Part shown: piece by piece, positions 52,656 through 62,691 of the stretch
Layout: each line of letters opens with the position of its first letter
Position numbering within the stretch: position 1 is the stretch's first letter
Source of the DNA: Candidatus Uhrbacteria bacterium
Lineage (GTDB): Bacteria; Patescibacteriota; Patescibacteriia; GWA2-47-26
Assembly (NCBI GenBank): GCA_016187515.1
Contig: JACPJN010000006.1
Location: 64,856 to 128,855, forward strand
Length of the DNA stretch: 64,000 bases
Direction of reading: 5' to 3'
Program-made: the position numbers and the translations under genes
The notes under the pieces: model-generated
The model's input: the letters and a program-made list of their open reading frames with translations, nothing else
Told to the model about the DNA's origin: nothing
The model's database searches: none

Positions 52656-53081
52656 TTATTGTTTCAGTGTGACTTCAATCTCTTCCTGTTGATGATTTAA
52701 AGTAACTTTAAACTGATCAAAGAAACCAACTTGCCCAAGAATACCATAACCATCAGCCGGGATATCCCGAGAAAATCCGCAATACAATTGGTACGAATAT
52801 TCTCCCACCGTTGCAGTGATCGTATGGAAATACGCGTGCATACCGCCACCGCCTACGCCTCTAAATTCTGCTTCCTTGCCCTGCTCCACTTCAAGCCCAA
52901 GCAGTTCACCCACCAAACTATGGAATATACAGAAATCCGCTCCGGAATCTATAAGCGCTTTGTATCGTCTCTCTGTGCCTTGGTGCTCAAGTGTGATGAG
53001 AATAATCGGACGCAACGAAACGAAACTATTGGGAAATGCAGGACACGGCGCGACTTGCACACGCTCATAGAAAAATCTCAT
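52656..53081 (-). CDS. Retropepsin-like aspartyl protease
   Basis: ALIDSGAD and GILGQ..FF motifs. Confidence 0.85.
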   Translation of the reverse strand: MRFFYERVQVAPCPAFPNSFVSLRPIILITLEHQGTERRYKALIDSGADFCIFHSLVGELLGLEVEQGKEAEFRGVGGGGMHAYFHTITATVGEYSYQLYCGFSRDIPADGYGILGQVGFFDQFKVTLNHQQEEIEVTLKQ

Positions 53082-53098
53082 ACACGGGTCTCGCGCAC

Positions 53099-53284
53099 TT
53101 AACCAATAAAAAATCCCGCATGTGCCGGAACGTGGTAGAGAATGGGGCGCTCTACTTTCTTTTGGGCCTCCTCAAATACCTTTTTCCCATCTTCACCGGC
53201 AGCAACCACCTTATTCTCCTCGGTAAGCGCAACCCAAAGTCCGGGATATTTGCGATAAATTTCAGTCATGTCAATGGCTGGCAT
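53099..53284 (-). CDS. DUF5678-like small protein
   Basis: KYPGLWVAL....VVAAG motif; directly upstream of the aspartyl protease. Confidence 0.75.
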   Translation of the reverse strand: MPAIDMTEIYRKYPGLWVALTEENKVVAAGEDGKKVFEEAQKKVERPILYHVPAHAGFFIG

Positions 53285-53307
53285 ATATGCTTTATTGCAG
53301 TGGCTAT

Positions 53308-53547
53308 TTATCTTCCGTATTTTTCTATTAAAACGTCCAGATCACCACCACATTCATCTTTGAATTTAAGCCAAATTTCATCGCCCTTGCCTAAATTGGG
53401 CACGACTCTGTCATATACTTCAGGGCCTCTTTGGAGAATACGCCTTAACAATATTAAGTTACCTGGAAGACCGTCATATCTGTCCAGTATATCTTGCTGA
53501 TAATCTTTTGGTTTTTCGGGCCTGCTGCCCCGACTTTCGGGTTTCAT
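53308..53547 (-). CDS. Hypothetical protein
   Basis: 79-aa ORF in an AT-richer insert. Confidence 0.5.
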   Translation of the reverse strand: MKPESRGSRPEKPKDYQQDILDRYDGLPGNLILLRRILQRGPEVYDRVVPNLGKGDEIWLKFKDECGGDLDVLIEKYGR

Positions 53548-53578
53548 AATAGTATTTAAGTTAGTATACCATGTATTA

Positions 53579-54046
53579 TTAAAATATCAACATCTCCTTC
53601 ACTATCCGACTTACCACCGTCCCATCCGCGCCACCTTTAAGTTCTTTCATTGCCGCGCCCATGACGCGGCCAAAATCGGCCGGTCCCACACTGCCCATGC
53701 CGGAGATCACGCGCTTGACCGCCGCGCGCACTTTTTCTTCATCCATCATTGCCGGCAGATATTTTTTCAGCACGTTGAGTTCCGCGTCGTTCTGCTCTTT
53801 TAAATCCGCCCGGCCGCCTTGGACAAAAAGTTCACCGGCCTCTTCCAATTGTTTAACTTGCCGCTTCACGATGGCTAGCGCTTCCTCCTCGGTAAGCTTG
53901 GCTTCGCGGTCGCCGGATTTTCCGCGTTTTTCAATCTCGGCATTTTGAAACGCGGTCTTCAGCAACCGCAACACTTCCGTGGCGGTCCTTTGACCGCCGC
54001 GGAATGCGGCTTTATATTCATCTTCGATACGCTGCGCAAGCGGCAT
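53579..54046 (-). CDS. GatB/YqeY domain protein
   Basis: LRLLK..NAEIEKR, GRADL..E..L..YLP, FGRVMGAAMKEL. Confidence 0.92.
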   Translation of the reverse strand: MPLAQRIEDEYKAAFRGGQRTATEVLRLLKTAFQNAEIEKRGKSGDREAKLTEEEALAIVKRQVKQLEEAGELFVQGGRADLKEQNDAELNVLKKYLPAMMDEEKVRAAVKRVISGMGSVGPADFGRVMGAAMKELKGGADGTVVSRIVKEMLIF

Positions 54047-54069
54047 AACTCTGCACAAAATAGAAACTT

Positions 54070-54312
54070 CTATGAACGGCGTCTTGATCGCGTCGGTTCC
54101 GGAAGCTGGCCCATTTTTTTCAGCTTATCATAATGCCGGTGCAGTTCCAGTCGGCGCAACGCGGACCGCTTCGCCGCGGTCTTATTCTTTTGATCAACTC
54201 TGAATCTGTTGCGCTTGGCCTGACGAAGCTGGCCGGAAAGCTGCATCCGGCGGGAAAATCTTCGCAGCATCGCTTCAAACGATTCACTTCTTCGGCGTTT
54301 TACCTCTAACAT
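54070..54312 (-). CDS. rpsU: 30S ribosomal protein bS21
   Basis: ESFEAMLRRFSRR, basic 80 aa, upstream of yqeY. Confidence 0.8.
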   Translation of the reverse strand: MLEVKRRRSESFEAMLRRFSRRMQLSGQLRQAKRNRFRVDQKNKTAAKRSALRRLELHRHYDKLKKMGQLPEPTRSRRRS

Positions 54313-54386
54313 AAATCCCGTAGTGAGCTGCGCTCACTACGCCGCGACACCTCCTTTCCCTTGCGGTGTTGTTCTTGGCCGCATAA

Positions 54387-55880
54387 TCATAACCGTTCAC
54401 CCAATTTCTTTTTGATTTCATTAAAGACCTTATTGCAGTCAACCACTTCTTGAATCCCGGCTTCCATGTCTCGGATTATTGCCGTTTTGTCGATAATCTC
54501 TTTCTGGCCAATGATAATGGCGTAACGCACCCCGAGGCGGTTGGCAATCTCCAGTTGGGCTTTAAGCCCGTCTTTCGAGATTGCGGCGGCCACCGGAATT
54601 TCTTTGCGGAACTCTTGGAGCAAAGCCAGCGCGCGGCGCCGCGCCCCTTCGCCAAGCTGGGCAATAAAAATTTTGGGTACGACCGGCGGGGCCGGGGTTT
54701 TCCCCAGTGCGCGCATAAAACCAACCACCCGCTCCAGACCCATGGAAAATCCCACTGCCGGAGTGGATCTTCCGCCTAACTCCTCGACTAGTCCGTCGTA
54801 GCGCCCCCCTCCGCCAAGCGCGCTCTGCCGGCCGGACCGCTCCAGCTCTAACTCTGGCGGCGCGGGGTTTTCGTCTGCCGCTCCGGATTGCCCGCCTGAC
54901 GCTTGAGCCGCGCTTACGGGACTTTCCGGCGCTTTTTCCGGTATTTTCGCCGGAAAAATTTCAAAAGTCGTTCTGGTGTAGTAATCCAGGCCGCGCACAA
55001 TATGCGGATTAAGGTTATAGGCCACTCCGACATCGTCAAGATATTCCAGAACTCTCATGAAATGCTCTCGGCAGCTGTCGCAAAGCATATCCGGGAGCTG
55101 CGGCGCGCCTTCCCGCAAAAGTTCACACTGCGCTTCTTGGCAGTCGAGCAGCCGCAGGGGATTCGTCTTCAATCGGCCTTTACACGATTCACAAAGCAGC
55201 TCCGCCTTGGGCTGATAAAAATTCACCAGGGCTTCCCGATAAGGAACCCGGCAGGAAACGCACCCTAGACTATTGACCTGAAGCGCAACCGGAAGATCCA
55301 GGTCCTTAAAGAAAGACATCGCGATCGCGATAATCTCCGCGTCAAGCACGGGATGAGGGTCGCCAAGCGCCTCCAATCCCCATTGATGAAACTGACGATA
55401 ACGTCCGGCTTGCGGGCGTTCTCTTCGGAAAAAAGGCCCCCGGTACCAAAGCTTAACCGGTTGAGGAAGATTGACCATCCCGTGGTTAATATAGGCGCGA
55501 GCGACCGCGGCGGTTCCTTCCGGCCGCAGCGCCAAAGTATCGCCGCCTTGATCCTTGAAAAAATACATTTCTTTCTGCACGATATCGGTCGCCTCGCCCA
55601 CTCCGCGCAAAAATAAGGATCGATATTCGAGGATGGGAGTGGCGATGTAGCCATAGCCAAAAGCGCGCGAAAGCTCTTTGGCCTTTGCTGAAACGGCATC
55701 CCAAAACGCTTCGTCTTGGGGCAGGATATCGCGCATCCCGCGCGGGGGCTGCAGGGCCGCAAGCGGCGGGGGTAAAGCCGCCGGCATTTCCGCTCCCCCG
55801 CGCGCGGCTTCGGGAACCGACGCTGGGGGGACAATCTTTTTCGGTCGTCCGACTTTTTTACTAATTTTCTTTTTCAACAT
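54387..55880 (-). CDS. hisS: Histidine--tRNA ligase
   Basis: PRGMRD, LRPEGTA, RRERPQAGRYRQFHQ, VRGLDYY, GGGRYD. Confidence 0.96.
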   Translation of the reverse strand: MLKKKISKKVGRPKKIVPPASVPEAARGGAEMPAALPPPLAALQPPRGMRDILPQDEAFWDAVSAKAKELSRAFGYGYIATPILEYRSLFLRGVGEATDIVQKEMYFFKDQGGDTLALRPEGTAAVARAYINHGMVNLPQPVKLWYRGPFFRRERPQAGRYRQFHQWGLEALGDPHPVLDAEIIAIAMSFFKDLDLPVALQVNSLGCVSCRVPYREALVNFYQPKAELLCESCKGRLKTNPLRLLDCQEAQCELLREGAPQLPDMLCDSCREHFMRVLEYLDDVGVAYNLNPHIVRGLDYYTRTTFEIFPAKIPEKAPESPVSAAQASGGQSGAADENPAPPELELERSGRQSALGGGGRYDGLVEELGGRSTPAVGFSMGLERVVGFMRALGKTPAPPVVPKIFIAQLGEGARRRALALLQEFRKEIPVAAAISKDGLKAQLEIANRLGVRYAIIIGQKEIIDKTAIIRDMEAGIQEVVDCNKVFNEIKKKLGERL

Positions 55881-56484
55881 ATAGAGGAGCGATAAATCTG
55901 GTAACTTTATCAAGCGGCCAGCCGCGAATCCAAGCCCGCCCAATCAGTAATTGTTTCGCCACTGGTCCGAATTGGCGAGAATCAAGCGAAGAAGAACGAT
56001 TATCGCCAAGCAAATAATACTCGCCATTGCCAAGTGCAACTGAAAAATTTCCGTAGATTACCGCTCCGGAATCAAGATAATCCTCCGTAAACACCACCCC
56101 CTCCGGATATTGCGCGTTCTTAATTTTTAATGCTGAATTCTGAATTTCAACGGTTTCCCCGGGCAAGCCGACAATCCGTTTGATAAAGAATTGGGCCGGG
56201 TCAGCCGGATACCTAAACACCACGATCTCTCCGCGCCTCGGCTCCCGCAGCCGGTAGCTTAATTCGTCAATGATCAAATACTCATGATCATAAAAATTCG
56301 GCTCCATGGACGCCCCTTTTACATAAAAGGGCTGCACCAGAAAATAACGGATCGGCAAAATAATCGCGAGCGATATAACCACCACGCGAATCAGCTCTCC
56401 GATATATTCCAGCGCCGCTCTAATAATCGAACGGCCGGCCGCCGCCGGGATTTTTTCACCTCCTGGTCTTTGCTCTTCTTCCAT
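55861..56484 (-). CDS. lepB: Signal peptidase I
   Basis: GASMEP, FIKRIVGLPGE, LGDNRSSSLDSR. Confidence 0.95.
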   Translation of the reverse strand: MEEEQRPGGEKIPAAAGRSIIRAALEYIGELIRVVVISLAIILPIRYFLVQPFYVKGASMEPNFYDHEYLIIDELSYRLREPRRGEIVVFRYPADPAQFFIKRIVGLPGETVEIQNSALKIKNAQYPEGVVFTEDYLDSGAVIYGNFSVALGNGEYYLLGDNRSSSLDSRQFGPVAKQLLIGRAWIRGWPLDKVTRFIAPLYVEKEN

Positions 56485-56597
56485 ATAAACGCCAATATTA
56501 ACGCCAATACAAAAAAATCCTAAGGATATTCTACCATATCGTCAAGAAATCGGCAACATCGGCCTGCTTAATGTCAGCGACCAATCCGCACCAGACC

Positions 56598-56672
56598 TGG
56601 TGGGCGATGCTGGGATCGAACCAGCGACCTTTCCGATGTGAACGGAACGCTCTACCACTGAGCTAATCGCCC
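56598..56672 (-). tRNA. tRNA-Val(CAC)
   Basis: GGGCGAT acceptor, TTCCG-TT-CAC-AT-CGGAA, GGTTCGATCC, encoded CCA. Confidence 0.95.
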
Positions 56673-56778
56673 GGACAATACCACCCCTACTCTACCAAGC
56701 GAATATCGCGCAGTCAACCCCGCTCCCCCTTGTAATTTTCTACAATAACGACTATAATGAATAATCTGCAATCCATAT

Positions 56779-58254
56779 ATGGCCAATTCTCCATCGGAAA
56801 CTAATCCGCCGGAACTCGGCGAGAGCCGGCGCACGGTTGCCCTGCTTATTGCCGCGCTCTTCTTTCTGATTGTCAGCGCGACAATCGGCGGGATGCTGTT
56901 TGTAAGCGCCGCCGGATTTACTCCGTCAAAAGTATTCGCCAAAATCCGCTCGCTTACTTTAGCGCGGGAAAAAGCTCTGCAAGGAGAAGACGCGGACCGC
57001 GTTAATATCCTGCTTTTGGGCATGGGCGGGGTGGGACACGAAGGCGCCACGCTTACGGACACCATTGTGGTCGCTAGTATCCGTCCTTCGGATACCCAGG
57101 TCGGACTGCTCTCGATCCCGCGCGATCTCCAAATTAAGATCCCGGGTTATGGCTATGGACGGATCAATACGGTCAATGCCTACACCGAACGCGACAGCCC
57201 CGGGACCGGCGCGGCGCAGACCGCGCGGATAATTTCGGAAATCCTGGATCAGCCAATCCACTACTACATCCGAGTGGACTTTGCCGCCTTTAAAAAAATC
57301 ATTGACACCGGCGGAGGTATTGAAGTTAATGTCGAACAATCTTTCTACGACCCTTTTTATCCAGATGATAATTTCGGATATGCGCCGGTTTCCTTTGAAA
57401 AAGGCGTACAAACCATGAATGGCGAGCGCGCCCTGCAATTTGTGCGCTCGCGCCACGGCACGGGTGGCGAAGGCAATGACTTTGCTCGGGCTCGGCGGCA
57501 GCAAAAAATTCTTCTGGCCCTTAAAGATCGGCTGCTTTCCTTTGATGTGCTCCTGCGCCCCAAAAGGATCAAAGCCATCATCGAATCCCTAAAGGACCAT
57601 ATCCAGACCAACATCGCGCTGTGGGAAGGCCTGCGGTTTGCCAACCTCCTCAAAAACATCGATCCGGCCAAAATAAAAAGTCAGGTGCTGGACAGCAGCC
57701 CGGAAGGACTGCTGCGCGAGCGTAATTATAATGGGGCTTTTGTGCTGGAACCAAAAGATCAGACCTGGGGCGAGGTTCGCTCCCTGGCTGCTCAAATATT
57801 TGAAGAAAATCCACCGGCAAAAAGTTCAATCTATTCCCCTCCCACCCCCCCACTCCCACCCCTCCCTCCCACCCCCTCTTTATCTCCCCCTCGGGCAGGG
57901 GGAGAACACGAGACAATTTCTCCCCCTCTCGGAGGGGGAGCTAGAGGGGGTCTGGTTATCACCGACACTCCTACCGTCGAAATCCAAAACGGCACCTACA
58001 TCACCGGCCTGGCCGCCCGCACCGCGGAAAAACTCGAAGGGCTTGGCTTTAATCCGGTAGGTCTGGGCAACTCCGCCACCCGGGACGTGGCCACCACGGT
58101 AATTTATGACCTCGCCGCCGGAAAAAAACCAGCGGACTTTGAAAAACTAAAAACCCTGCTTAAGGCCGTCGCGGGCGAAGGTGAACCACTGCACATTATC
58201 AGCAAAGAACGACTGGATTTTCTGATCATCCTGGGGGCCAATGCCGCGCAATAA
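56779..58254 (+). CDS. LCP family protein with LytR C-terminal domain
   Basis: NILLLG, TDTI, SIPRD, ALQFVRSRH..DFARARRQQ, EIQNGT..GLA. Confidence 0.92.
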   Translation: MANSPSETNPPELGESRRTVALLIAALFFLIVSATIGGMLFVSAAGFTPSKVFAKIRSLTLAREKALQGEDADRVNILLLGMGGVGHEGATLTDTIVVASIRPSDTQVGLLSIPRDLQIKIPGYGYGRINTVNAYTERDSPGTGAAQTARIISEILDQPIHYYIRVDFAAFKKIIDTGGGIEVNVEQSFYDPFYPDDNFGYAPVSFEKGVQTMNGERALQFVRSRHGTGGEGNDFARARRQQKILLALKDRLLSFDVLLRPKRIKAIIESLKDHIQTNIALWEGLRFANLLKNIDPAKIKSQVLDSSPEGLLRERNYNGAFVLEPKDQTWGEVRSLAAQIFEENPPAKSSIYSPPTPPLPPLPPTPSLSPPRAGGEHETISPPLGGGARGGLVITDTPTVEIQNGTYITGLAARTAEKLEGLGFNPVGLGNSATRDVATTVIYDLAAGKKPADFEKLKTLLKAVAGEGEPLHIISKERLDFLIILGANAAQ

Positions 58255-58328
58255 GTTATTAAGTTACTAAGTTATTGAGTTATTAAAGTTGACTCCCCAA
58301 TAACTTAGTAACCAATAACTCAATAACT

Positions 58329-59795
58329 ATGCACCCGCTTCCAACAATTGTCATCATCGGCCGACGCAATGTCGGAAAGTCCGCGCTTTTCAATCGTCTG
58401 ATTGAGGAACAAAAAGCGATCGTTTCGGATATTGCCGGCACGACCCGCGACCGCACCGAAGGAATTTGCGTGTGGCGCGGACAAAATATACGCGTGGTGG
58501 ATACTGGCGGTATGGATGTCGGCGATGCTGACACGATTGATCGGGAAATTAAAAAACAAGCGCGGTTTGCCATTAAAGAGGCGGATCTTATTTTATTTTT
58601 GGTTGACGCGCGAGTGGGACCAGTACCCGCCGAGGCCGCTTTGGCCAAAGAACTCCGCCGATCAATTTCCCCCCCTGCCCGAGGGGGGGCAAGGGGGGGT
58701 GGGAGCATCCTTCTCGTTGCCAACAAGGCGGAAACGGAAAAGTGGCGCACCGCAGGGCAAGATCCCGGATGGAAGCGCCTCGGTTTTGGCGTGCCGCAAA
58801 CAATTTCCGCCCTCACCGGCCAAGGGGTGGGCGACCTGCTTGATACAATTTTCAAACAACTCAAGCCGTCAGCCGTCAGCCGTCAGCCGTCAGCCGATAT
58901 AAAAATCGCGATTATCGGCAAACCCAACGTCGGCAAATCCTCGCTCCTTAACAAAATTCTTGGCGAAGAGCGCGTCATCGTCTCCCCTATTCCGCACACC
59001 ACTCGCGAGCCGCAAGACACTTTATTCACGTATCACGCAGCACATAACACGTATCACGTATTGTTGATTGACACCGCGGGCCTGCGCAAAAGGGCCAAAA
59101 GAAAAGAGGGACTGGAACAAATGGGGGTGTATAAAACACTGTCCGTGATCGGGCGCTCGGAGGTGGTAATTTTCGTGCTTGACGGAACGCAGCCGCTGGA
59201 CGCCCAGGACAAACACTTAGCGCAGATGATTGTGGAAAAAGGGGTGGGAGTAGTTATTGCGGTCAATAAGTGGGATTTACTTTCGGGAAAACCCTCACCT
59301 CCATCCTCTCCCATAAAGGGAGAGGAAGCGGGAAAAAATCCCCCTCCCTTGGTGGGAGGGGTTAGGGGAGGGGGACGCACCACACAAGAGGGCGACCTTC
59401 TAATGAAACAAATCCACTTTGGCCTGCCGGGCCTTACTTTTGCGCCAGTCGTCTTCATCTCAGCGCTCACGGGCCACAGTGTCCACAAACTCCTGCTGCT
59501 TGCCATGCACGCGCACGAAAATCGCAAGCGTGTCATTGCTGACGAAGACCTTAAAGCACTTTTGCCAAAACTTATTTTGCGCCACCGTCCCGCGCGCTCC
59601 AAGGCCGGCAGCCGCCACCCCATTATCCGGGCGATTGTTCAAACCGGCACTGAACCACCCGCTTTTGTAATTATTATCGGCCCCAAACAGTCGCTCCACC
59701 AAACTTATCTGCGTTTTATCGAAAATCAACTCCGCCGCTACTACGATTTTGAAGGAACCCCCATCAAGGTTTGGGTAAAACAGGAACGCGGCTAA
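58329..59795 (+). CDS. der: Ribosome biogenesis GTPase Der (EngA)
   Basis: Two G domains (GRRNVGKS, GKPNVGKS; DTGG/DTAG; NKxE/NKWD) and KH-like tail; in-frame inserts. Confidence 0.95.
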   Translation: MHPLPTIVIIGRRNVGKSALFNRLIEEQKAIVSDIAGTTRDRTEGICVWRGQNIRVVDTGGMDVGDADTIDREIKKQARFAIKEADLILFLVDARVGPVPAEAALAKELRRSISPPARGGARGGGSILLVANKAETEKWRTAGQDPGWKRLGFGVPQTISALTGQGVGDLLDTIFKQLKPSAVSRQPSADIKIAIIGKPNVGKSSLLNKILGEERVIVSPIPHTTREPQDTLFTYHAAHNTYHVLLIDTAGLRKRAKRKEGLEQMGVYKTLSVIGRSEVVIFVLDGTQPLDAQDKHLAQMIVEKGVGVVIAVNKWDLLSGKPSPPSSPIKGEEAGKNPPPLVGGVRGGGRTTQEGDLLMKQIHFGLPGLTFAPVVFISALTGHSVHKLLLLAMHAHENRKRVIADEDLKALLPKLILRHRPARSKAGSRHPIIRAIVQTGTEPPAFVIIIGPKQSLHQTYLRFIENQLRRYYDFEGTPIKVWVKQERG

Positions 59796-59992
59796 CTCCT
59801 CCCCTTGAGGTAAGGGGAGGTTGGGAGGGGTTATGAAAAAGCCGGACCCACCCATGTGGCTATCCGGCTGGCCTGGAACTGCGCTGGCCTTGTAATGCCC
59901 TTGGACTCTCGGTTTTCCGGCCAGAAAACCTACCTTCCCAAAAATCCGTAGTCGCCTGTCTGGATGAGAAAGCGCAGCTATATGCCCGGACG

Positions 59993-60508
59993 CTACGGTG
60001 ATGTAGGTGATGTAGAAACTACTTCGCCGCCCAGCTTCCTGACCAGATACTCAAAGATAAACAGTACAACAATCCCGCCAAGGGCAATCCCGATACTCCA
60101 ACCTTTGTCTGCCCTTGTAAGTGCGATCCCGATTGCAACCGCCTCAAGTATGTATGCGCCAATAGTAGCTGGCGTAGCAACCTGATCTTCAGCAGCACCA
60201 GCGGTATAGATAACGGCCACGAAGGCGGTGAAAAAGGCAATTACTGCAAAACCGGTATTGTCCAAAGCATCATTGACAAAGGCGATGTTCACAGCAGTCG
60301 CAACGATGAAGGCGACCATGCTGGCGACCGTGGCGAAGGCCGCAGTCGTGGCCACCATGACCGTGGCAAGAATCGTGGCAAAGGCAAATGTAGTCGCCAC
60401 AGCCACCATACTGGCAAGGTGTTCGCTTACCCCCATCACACGCGCGATGTGATACGTGCCCACGGTTACAACAATCGCCACCACTGCGGAAAGAACGATC
60501 TTTCTCAT
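59993..60508 (-). CDS. Ala/Val/Thr-rich membrane protein
   Basis: GGAGG RBS before ATG 60508; hydrophobic throughout. Confidence 0.6.
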   Translation of the reverse strand: MRKIVLSAVVAIVVTVGTYHIARVMGVSEHLASMVAVATTFAFATILATVMVATTAAFATVASMVAFIVATAVNIAFVNDALDNTGFAVIAFFTAFVAVIYTAGAAEDQVATPATIGAYILEAVAIGIALTRADKGWSIGIALGGIVVLFIFEYLVRKLGGEVVSTSPTSP

Positions 60509-60741
60509 AACTTCCTCCTCCCATGCGGGTAATTGCGATAGAACGACGGCGTGCTGCTTTGCCGTTCCAGTATCGGTACACCCGACACGAGTATGCCAGC
60601 GCTGCTGAAACCGGCGACATGCCGATTCCAAGCGCCCGCACTTTCAACCTACTCTCCTTACTGAATCTGGTCAAGACACAAAAAAAGAGCCGGAGGCCAC
60701 CAAGGTGGCTATCCGGCTGACTTGGGAACTTGACCGAGCGG

Positions 60742-61206
60742 CTACGTGTACATGTGCTCGGCGAGGCGGCGCTCGTGGAGGATACTCCTGCACTTCTGGC
60801 AGTCGCAGGCCCGCAGGAGCGTCTCGCGATCCGCAGTCCTGGACAGCGCGGGCTCGCCCATGAAGAAGATCTCCTGCGCCGCGACGAAGGCGCTGTTGAA
60901 CAGGCACTTGGCCTCCGGCGGGCAGAGCTCCATGATCGCCTCGGCGATGATCTTGCGCGCCGCGGCTTCGTCGTAGCGCTCCATGTTGAGCACCCGACTG
61001 GCCACCGCGGCGGCCGCGAGCAGCACGTTCTCGATGTAGGTCGACCAGTTCCGGGCGCCCTCGGGGCCGTAGTAGCCCTGCGCGTCCTTCTCGTCCGAGA
61101 GCTGCAGGACGTAGAGCACGTCCTGCGTGTACGGGATCTGCGGGAACACGCCGTCCCGACAGTAGTCGAAGCGGATGCCGGCCTTCTTGAGCGTCTCGAG
61201 GTTCAT
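60742..61206 (-). CDS. Hypothetical protein with C-terminal CxCxxC motif
   Basis: GAGGAGG RBS before ATG 61206; GC-rich codon usage. Confidence 0.6.
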   Translation of the reverse strand: MNLETLKKAGIRFDYCRDGVFPQIPYTQDVLYVLQLSDEKDAQGYYGPEGARNWSTYIENVLLAAAAVASRVLNMERYDEAAARKIIAEAIMELCPPEAKCLFNSAFVAAQEIFFMGEPALSRTADRETLLRACDCQKCRSILHERRLAEHMYT

Positions 61207-61332
61207 GGTTCCTCCTCTAGGTGCCTTGTTCACGTGCACGGGGACAATTCCCCATACCGCGATAAACGCATCCTATTACAAAATCGACAATTTGTCAAGG
61301 GGGTGGTAAAATAGGCGAGACAGATAAAACCT

Positions 61333-61905
61333 ATGCAAAAACAAAAGCTGTACTGCTATGTGGATGAAAGCGGACAAGATGCTAGATCAACATTTTTCGT
61401 GGTGGTGGCGGTAATTACCGAAGAGAATGAACGACTAAAAGAAAAACTCCAACGCATTGAAAAAAGCGCGGGGGTGGGCAACAAAAAATGGCGCAAGACG
61501 CGCTCATCAAACCGTTGTAGATATTTACAAACACTTCTTGAGCAACAAATAGGATTTGGTTCGGTTTTCTTTGGTGCCTACAAAAAACCACTTCCTTACT
61601 TTTTCCCAATCCTTGAAATCATTGAAAAAAGTATTCAAGCAAAAGCTGCCCAAACCTACCGGGCAATCGTTGTGGTCGACGGCATTGACAACAAAAAGGC
61701 CGCCGAGCTCACTGGAGCCCTGCGCTTGAAAGGCATCGTTTTAGATTTCGTACGTTCTGGACGCGATGAAAGTGAGGCACTCCTTCGGCTTGCAGATCGC
61801 TGGGTTGGCTGTGTCCGTAAAGCGCGCGAGGAGAAAAACAGTGAAGAGGATTTGATTATGCAAAATGCCATTGCACAAGGATATCTTCAGTCCTTGTCAA
61901 AATAA
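61333..61905 (+). CDS. DUF3800 family protein (RNase H-like)
   Basis: YCYVDESG N-terminus and LRLAD C-terminal motif. Confidence 0.8.
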   Translation: MQKQKLYCYVDESGQDARSTFFVVVAVITEENERLKEKLQRIEKSAGVGNKKWRKTRSSNRCRYLQTLLEQQIGFGSVFFGAYKKPLPYFFPILEIIEKSIQAKAAQTYRAIVVVDGIDNKKAAELTGALRLKGIVLDFVRSGRDESEALLRLADRWVGCVRKAREEKNSEEDLIMQNAIAQGYLQSLSK

Positions 61906-61990
61906 AAAATCCGCTAAAAGCGGAGTCCTCGGCTATTCCCTTACGGGACCAATCTCTGCCAAAAAGGGCAGGCCTTCGCCGAGGATCACG
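61906..61990 (-). ncRNA. Candidate DUF3800-associated structured RNA
   Basis: Minus-strand TTGACA(62018-62023)-16-TATGCT promoter; TCCTCGGC/GCCGAGGA stem enclosing two hairpins (GTAA tetraloop); terminator hairpin plus T-run. Confidence 0.55.
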
Positions 61991-62043
61991 ATATCAGCAT
62001 ACCATATCTGTAAAATCTGTCAATACCATCTTATACACATCCT

Positions 62044-62658
62044 ATGAAACTCATCGTCGGCCTGGGCAACCCGGGAAAAGAATACGAAAAAACCCGACAT
62101 AATGTTGGGTTTCTTGCGGTTGATGGAATCGCGCGGGATTTGCAATTTTCCAAATGGAAAATGGAGAAAAAATTAGAGGCCGAGGTCTGCCGCGGCTTTA
62201 TTGCAAGTTGCTGTGAAGATGTTATTTTAGCCAAGCCGCAAACCTTTATGAACAACTCCGGCGCAGCCGTCAAAAAACTTACTGTGAACTATCGACTGAC
62301 GACTGACGACTTACTGATAGTCCACGATGATCTGGATTTAGAGCTTGGCACGCTGCGCTTATCTTATGGTTCTGGCAGCGCCGGCCACAACGGCGTGCAG
62401 TCCATAATTGACGCGCTCGGCACCAAAGATTTTTGGCGTTTGCGTGTTGGTATTGGCCGCCCCCCACAAGCTCCCTCCCTTAAGATAAGGGAGGGTAGGG
62501 AGGGTTATGACGATACAACAAAATTCGTGCTCCAACGCTTTCCACGTTTAAGCCAAGGCAAAGTAAGAAAAGCTATTGCGGCTGCGGTCGCTGCCGTGCA
62601 ACTCATGTTTCAAAAAGGTCCGCACGCGGCACAGACGGAGATTAATAAAAATAAATAG
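62044..62658 (+). CDS. pth: Peptidyl-tRNA hydrolase
   Basis: LIVGLGNPG, TRHNVGF, KPQTFMN.SG, HDDLD, GHNG. Confidence 0.96.
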   Translation: MKLIVGLGNPGKEYEKTRHNVGFLAVDGIARDLQFSKWKMEKKLEAEVCRGFIASCCEDVILAKPQTFMNNSGAAVKKLTVNYRLTTDDLLIVHDDLDLELGTLRLSYGSGSAGHNGVQSIIDALGTKDFWRLRVGIGRPPQAPSLKIREGREGYDDTTKFVLQRFPRLSQGKVRKAIAAAVAAVQLMFQKGPHAAQTEINKNK

Positions 62659-62691
62659 CCCAGGACATTGCGCGCCAAAGTCCTTTCAATT

